Source: Selaginella moellendorffii (taxonomy: Eukaryota > Plantae > Lycopodiophyta). From it: 64,000 bases of DNA. The first letter of the stretch is position 1, and each line of letters starts with the position of its first letter. The notes under the pieces are model-generated. The model saw only the letters and a list, made by a program, of their open reading frames with translations, had not been told where the DNA came from and did no database searches. A program made the translations under genes and the position numbers. Location: contig NW_003314401.1 in the NCBI RefSeq assembly GCF_000143415.4, positions 248,741-312,740 of the forward strand, read 5' to 3'. Shown in pieces: positions 58,364 through 64,000 of the stretch.

Positions 58364-59935
58364 CAATCCGGCGAGATCGCTAAACATATATGTACATTAC
58401 CCCAATCCCAAAGGGATCAAAACTACATTGAGAGCGCACTCTCGAAGAAACTAGTGAAACTATGAGCTCGAACGCCCGGCGCTGCTCTTGGGCCGTCCGC
58501 CTCCCAGGTGACTCCACCGCGGAGCTTGAAGCCACCTGCTTCGCCTCGCCACTCCTCCACTCGATCACAATGATGCCAAGCCAGACGAACACCATGTCGA
58601 TCTAGCTCGACGTCGTCGCAGCCAAGCGGTCCAACTCGAGCACGATGACCCGGCGTCGCTCATGGGTCACTCGCCTCCAAGGTGACTCCACTGCACAAGC
58701 TGAAGCCACCTGTTACACCCCAAGACGTGATGCTGTGTCTTGGAGCGCCTACCTCCCCAGTGTACTTCCAGCACTAAGTCGGTGCCCATTGCGAACAAAC
58801 TCCAAGGCGTAGAACAAGCAAGGTGTGAGCCTCCTCCAGCTCTAGACTAGAGCGTGCTACCTTGCCTCCCACACTAGACAAGTGCGCTGGCCCCCTTCAA
58901 TGATATACGAGCCCCCGTTGCCGGCATCGCGACAATCACAAGACTTGCAAGCCTCCGCAAACCTCCTCAAAGGACTAGCCCTGAAGCAAGAACCATGTGG
59001 GATCCCCTCCGCGAGCAAACCAACTTGGCCATCTGCCACTGGCCCCCTTTGTGACAGCACTTCCCTGTCACTAGATCCAAAAATGCGCCCATAGTGTCTT
59101 CCACGTCCATCCACCACGGACACTTCGCTATGTCGGGATGTCGTCCCGAACTGTCCTCCACCAGTCAACAAAGTTCCCATGACTTGGTCGTGTTTCCACG
59201 ACTCAAGTCGCCAAGAACTTCCGACACATGCAGCTTCACGCTCTCCGTACCTTAGTCGCCACCTTGCATGGCCCGACCTAAGGCGAGAAATCCCGCTCGA
59301 AGCTGCGAGACCAGCAACCGTCGCGTTTCCACCATGTTGCTGCCGTGCCAACCACATGCAACGAAGATCCCTGACACTTAGAGTGGCCGGATCGAAGATC
59401 CCGCCGCCACCCTATGTCCTGCCCTAACCGCAGTTAGCCAAGAACCCTAACCCTAGCCACGAATTAGGGCAGGTGAGAACTCTGAGACCGTGAAGAATTT
59501 TTGCCTGCGCTTCTGGGAGGGTGTGAGGCTCCCTCCCAGCTATCCCCCTGTGAATTTTTGTGGAAAAATTCCTAGCCGTTCAGGAGTTATGAGCTCCCAA
59601 AAAACTTGAAACCATGAGAAGCGAAAAAAGAAGAGGAGGAGAGGAGAGCGTCCAGCTGCTGCAGCCGTGGTGTTCCTGACTGCCCTCTCCACTCCTCCAA
59701 ATCTCTAGGCCCCGAAAAACCCTAGCCGCCGCCGAAGAACCCTAAAAACAGCAGCGACCTAGGGCCAGCGAGATCTCCAGATCCGTGGCAGATCTCGCCG
59801 CGGCCTTCTAGGAGGATGAGAATCTACACTCCTAGAAGCCCCCCGTCGAAGGAATCGAGGTTTCTCCCAGCCGTTTGGGAGATATCGATAAAAACGACAG
59901 AGAGCGAGAGAAAAGAGGAGAAAGAGGAGGGAGAC
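58364..59935 (-). mobile_element. Longest unit A copy (non-autonomous, ~1.6 kb), preceded by (CCCTAAA)2
   Basis: Shares its 3' 850 bp with 53845-54698; no recognisable protein; 5' boundary approximate. Confidence 0.7.
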
Positions 59936-59986
59936 CGTTGTGCAATCCACATTCTCCGTGTGCCGTTGTCGAAACGGCATGATTGA

Positions 59987-60313
59987 TGCTATGATTGATG
60001 CTATCCTCCGGGACAGGGGGAAGCTCGAGAGGCTCGAGGAGTGGAAAAAAGCATGGCTGCCATGTTTTGGTAGAGGAGATCACAAGGAGGTTCGTTGGAG
60101 ATGGCGCCCCCCGGAGTCGATCTTGCGGTCAGCACGAAGGGGGGATATGGATCTGGACGTGATACGACGGAGACGACCACAGCCGCTTCTACTGCAGGCC
60201 TAGTCTCACTTTAGATGAGGGAGATCACCACTAGGTAGCATGAGCTTTGGGCAGCATGCCCAGTTTTTGTATTAGTCCCTACGGGACATTGGGGAATGTA
60301 CATACACGTTTCA
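59987..60313 (+). mobile_element. 5'-truncated LINE 3' end inserted in the PLE 3' UTR, 18-bp TSD
   Basis: TCGAAACGGCATGATTGA at 59969-59986 and 60314-60331; empty site at ~62509; homologous to 63600-63915. Confidence 0.88.
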
Positions 60314-60393
60314 TCGAAACGGCATGATTGAGAGCAAGTAGAGGAGGCAAAGGAATGAATTTTCATTCATTCGTGAGCGAGGGAGAGGACAAG

Positions 60394-60451
60394 AGACAAC
60401 CCAAGACCGGTTTCGTCCTTTTTGGGACTCATCAGCCGGGTGTAGTCGTCT
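60394..60451 (-). ncRNA. Minimal type I hammerhead ribozyme
   Basis: Minus strand CCCGG-CUGAUGA-GUCC-CAAAAA-GGAC-GAAA-CCGG-UC-UUGGG. Confidence 0.88.
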
Positions 60452-60580
60452 AGTGTCTACCCTAACCCTAGCTCGGTGCCGACTCTACTTATATTTTGGC
60501 TCTGTCACGTGGCGCGAGTCCGTGTGGCGGCCATGCGAAGTGGCGTGGCAGCGTTGGGTCGCGAGGGTGCGAACGTAGCA

Positions 60581-60756
60581 TGAGGGGAGACTTGGACATC
60601 GACATGATTCGCTCGAGACGACCACGTCCACTTCTACTCCAGGACTAGGTCTAGCTGCGGCATATGAGGATCACGTAGAGTAGCTCATGGAGAGGGCGGC
60701 ACGCCCATTTTTTGTATTAGTCCCATTGGGACATGGGGAATGTACATACACGTTCA
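60581..60756 (+). mobile_element. Second short LINE 3' end inserted in the PLE 3' UTR, TSD up to 20 bp
   Basis: GCGAGGGTGCGAACGTAGCA at 60561-60580 and 60757-60776; empty site at ~62756; insert is the reverse complement of 63601-63773. Confidence 0.9.
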
Positions 60757-61482
60757 GCGAGGGTGCGAACGTAGCACAGCTGGTGTTGGTTACTCCACAG
60801 CAGTGGTAGTCGCGGAGAATGACTTCGGCGGATCGCCGAAGACAGTAAGCGTTCGTCCGGCGGGTGACGTACCTTTGACGCGAGATAACTTGTGAACGCG
60901 GCATGATATGATGCATGCATTACGTCCACAATGCTTGTATCACTTGTACGTACCCGGCGACGAAAAAACCGGTTCACTTTGCAGGGAATATTCTCGGAAT
61001 ATTCCGTCGTTGACCGTTGACCCCGCGTTGACCGTGTGTGGACTGTGGTGGTGGAGGGCCTGAGGTCACTCATACATACCCGGAGTCCAGCGGTTGCGTC
61101 GGGGAGAGCCATCCCGCGAGCTGTCGGCGTGTGTCGCCGATGTCGAGGGAGCGGCACCGTTTTAACGGAATACACGCTTTTCCACGAGTCATGTGTGGAG
61201 TTCAGAGTTGAAACTCACATATTCACGATCGGAATGAAGAGCGGAATCCAACGGTATATGCCGTTTTGACTCGGTCAACAGGGATACAGTCGGAATATTG
61301 GGGAATATTCCGTTCTGACCGTTGACTCCGCGTTGACCTGGCGTTGACTCGAAAGGGGGGTGGCCTGGAGTGACTTGGGACATACCTGAAGTCCATCGGC
61401 CAGACCCTGGGAGTCATAGGGTATGCGGAGAGGGATGCAAACATATGCTTCCGTGTCTTGCAAAGTGTGGTACAAGACGTGG

Positions 61483-62313
61483 CTAAGCTCGCGGAGGGAG
61501 CTTGGCCCTGACCAGGAACGAACCGAGGTTCGGGGAGCGTCTCCAACACGTAATCACTCGGGGGAGTGTGTCTGCGGGAGCTTCATCCATCACCTGTTTA
61601 GGGTTTAGGATGTCCCCCAAGCCTAGCTGCGCGCTGTGGAGTGTGTAAGGCAGCTTGAAGGCGAGGGGGGCCCGTCGACAGGCGTCGCTAGAGCGGCGCG
61701 AACGTGCAAGGAGAGCTTGATGTCGCTGGTCGTAGGAGATGCCGGAGAAGCAGTGATGGAGGAAGGAGGTCGGGTATCCCCGGGCACGGAGGCGGTGGTA
61801 GAACCGCGTGCGCATGGTGTGGAATCCATCGGCCGTGCTCTCGCGGAGGAGGTATCTGCAGAGCTCGCTGCGGATGAATGCCACCTTCTGGTGACGTGGG
61901 TGAACCGACGTCCAAGGGAGGTACTGGTAGGCATTGAGGGGCTTCTGGAACGTGGACGAGTCGAGGCAGCCTGTCTCTTCAAAGCGAGGGCCTTTGAAGA
62001 AGTGGATATCGAGGATATCCAACTCTTCGAGCGAGATCACCGAGGTGATCTTGATCGAAGGACACAGCGTGCCGTATCCTCGGAGCCATCGTTCGAGGCC
62101 TGCTCGTGTACCTGTCCAAATGCCCACTCCGTCATCTATGTACCTTCGTAGATAGAAGGGCCAGTCGTTGGTGGCGTGCTTGTACTCGGCTTCAAGAGAG
62201 CAGAGGAAGAGACAAGCGTAGACCACCGCAAAGTTGGAGCCCATCGCTGTGCCGCGGATCTGCTGGTAGATGTTACCGTCAAACTCCACGTAGTTGTGCT
62301 CCAGGACGAGGGC
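61483..62313 (-). CDS. Penelope-like reverse transcriptase, C-terminal half; no GIY-YIG domain
   Basis: VLEHNYVEFDGNIYQQIRGTAMGS, RYIDD, LDI, QKP..YQYLPWTS.HP, RLRARGYP, LPY; stop follows without GIY-YIG. Confidence 0.92.
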   Translation of the reverse strand, partial: ALVLEHNYVEFDGNIYQQIRGTAMGSNFAVVYACLFLCSLEAEYKHATNDWPFYLRRYIDDGVGIWTGTRAGLERWLRGYGTLCPSIKITSVISLEELDILDIHFFKGPRFEETGCLDSSTFQKPLNAYQYLPWTSVHPRHQKVAFIRSELCRYLLRESTADGFHTMRTRFYHRLRARGYPTSFLHHCFSGISYDQRHQALLARSRRSSDACRRAPLAFKLPYTLHSAQLGLGDILNPKQVMDEAPADTLPRVITCWRRSPNLGSFLVRAKLPPRA

Positions 62314-62429
62314 TTTAGGGTTTAGGGTTTAGGGTTAGGGTTTAGGGTTTAGGGTTTAGGGTTTTAGGGTTTAGGGTTTAGGGTTTAGGGTTTAGGGTTT
62401 AGGGTTTAGGCGCGTTTAGGCGTTTAGGG
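62314..62429 (+). repeat. Telomeric tract ending in the same variant units as 53428-53469
   Basis: Direct reading. Confidence 0.97.
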
Positions 62430-63076
62430 TCAAAGACACCCCGCAGTGTTGCAATCCGGCGAGATTGCGGCACCACTTTGTGCAATCCACATTCTCCGTG
62501 TGCCGTTGTCGAGACGGCATGATCGAGAGCAAGTAGAGGAGGCAAGGGAATGAATTTTCATTCATTCGTGAGCGAGGGAGAGGACAAGAGACAACCCGAG
62601 ACTGGTTTCGTCCTTTTTGGGACTCATCAGCCGGGTGTAGTCGTCTAGTGTCTACCCTAACCCTAGCTCGGTGCCGACTCTACTTATATTTTGGCTCTGT
62701 CACGTGGCGCAAGTCCGTGTGGCGGCAATGCAAAGTGGCGTGGCAGCGTTGGCTCGCGAGGGTGCGAACGTAGCACAGCTGGTGTTGGTTACTCCACAGC
62801 AGTGGTAGTCGCGGAGAATGACTTCGGCTAATTGCCGAAGACAGTAAGCATTTGTCCAGCGGGTGACGTACCTTCGACGCAAGATAACTTGTAAACGCGG
62901 CATGATATGATGCATGCGTTACGTCCACAATGCTTGTGTCACTCGTACGTACCCGGCGACGAAAAACGTGGTTCACTTTGCAGGGAATATTCTGGGAATA
63001 TTCCGTCGTTGACCGTTGACCCTGCGTTGACCGTGTGTGGACTGGGATGGTGGAGGGCCTGAGGTCACTCATACAT
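62430..63076 (-). mobile_element. Second PLE 3' UTR copy, uninterrupted, with full terminal module
   Basis: Matches 59938-61077 minus the two LINE inserts. Confidence 0.88.
62589..62646 (-). ncRNA. Minimal type I hammerhead ribozyme (copy 2)
   Basis: CCCGG-CUGAUGA-GUCC-CAAAAA-GGAC-GAAA-CCAG-UC-UCGGG. Confidence 0.85.
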
Positions 63077-63190
63077 GTTCCGTGAACTGCTCACTGTTCC
63101 AAAAGACGATACCACCGCTTGCAGGCTTCGGCAAGAACAAGTGCAGACAATCTGTGCTATCTCCACCCTGACTCAAGTCCATGCAGCGCC

Positions 63191-63580
63191 CAATCCGGCG
63201 AGATCGCTAAACATGTATGTACATTACCCCAATCCCAAAGGGATCAAAACAACATTGAGAGCGCACTCTCGAAGAAACTAGTGAAACTATGAGCGCGAAC
63301 GCCCGGCGCTGCTCTTGGGCCATCCGCCTCCCAGGTGACTCCACCGCGGAGCTTGAAGCCACCTGCTTCGCCTTGCCACTCCTCCACTCGGTCACAATGG
63401 TGTCAAGCCAGACGAACACCATGTCGATCTAGCTCGACGTCGTCGCAGCCAAGCAGTCCAACTCGAGCACGATGACCCGGCGTCGCTCATGGGTCACTCG
63501 CCTCCAAGGTGACTCCACTGCACAAGCTGAAGCCACCTGTTACGCCCCAAGACGTGATGCTGTGTCTTGGAGCGCCTACG
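63191..63580 (-). mobile_element. 5'-truncated unit A copy
   Basis: Near identity with the other copies. Confidence 0.88.
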
Positions 63581-63583
63581 TCC

Positions 63584-64000
63584 CAATCCGGCGAGATCGC
63601 TGAACGTGTATGTACATTCCCCATGTCCCAATGGGACTAATACAAAAAATGGGCGTGCCGCCCTCTCCATGAGCTACTCTACGTGATCCTCATATGCCGC
63701 AGCTAGACCTAGTCCTGGAGTAGAAGTGGACGTGGTCGTCTCGAGCGAATCATGTCGATGTCCAAGTCTCCCCCACGAGCTGACCTTAGAACAGAGTCTG
63801 GGGGGCGCCATTGCCAGCGAATCTCGCCACCTCCCGATTTGCCGAAGCATGGGAGCCACCTAGATCTCCACTCCTCGAGCTGCCTCGGTTTCGCCCGCTC
63901 TTTCAGGATGGTGTAGTGAAGACGCACCGCTGCAAGAGTGAGTCTCCACCATGATGCCACCACTGCCGATATTCTCGCTTGTTGCCCATCAAAGCGACAA
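63584..64000 (-). mobile_element. Probable native 3' end of the LINE (ORF2 C-terminus + 125-nt 3' UTR, no poly-A)
   Basis: ORF ending ...RPRPLLLQD* at 63709; the same sequence is found as TSD-flanked inserts at 59987 and 60581. Confidence 0.7.

Larger units (their letters stand above)
59936..62313 (-). mobile_element. Endonuclease-deficient Penelope-like retroelement, 5'-truncated and telomere-capped
   Basis: PLE RT ORF, long 3' UTR with hammerhead, (TTTAGGG)n directly at the 5' break. Confidence 0.9.

Noticed and set aside
52728-63422. Repeated 71-aa ORF MVFVW... in unit A copies
   Set aside because: Recurs only because the repeat is recent; no domain evidence

Overview
Land-plant nuclear DNA with very short introns, tight gene packing, PLS-class PPR genes and TTTAGGG telomere repeats; most likely a lycophyte such as Selaginella (inference). 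It falls into three zones. (1) 1-28.7 kb is gene-dense: PPR, PR-1, tRNA ligase, NMCP1, PLAC8, DEAD-box helicase, Pol III subunit C11, complex I B22 and NdhU, with a 14.5-24.2 kb patch of scrambled gene fragments and a decayed local duplication. (2) 29.7-53.4 kb is nested transposons. It includes a 12.3 kb TIR-bounded DNA transposon carrying a DDE transposase, a ParB-like ORF, an FCP1-like domain and ~25 copies of a 22-bp palindrome; a chromovirus pol whose integrase has two GT-AG introns; and inverted LTR-type repeats. (3) 53.4-64 kb is a polarised subtelomeric chain of retroelements separated by telomere tracts: an endonuclease-less Penelope-like RT with hammerhead ribozymes, an L1-like LINE and a non-autonomous repeat. 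All three share one 3' terminal module, which in two copies ends in a variant telomeric tail. All family assignments come from motif recognition by eye; no searches were run.
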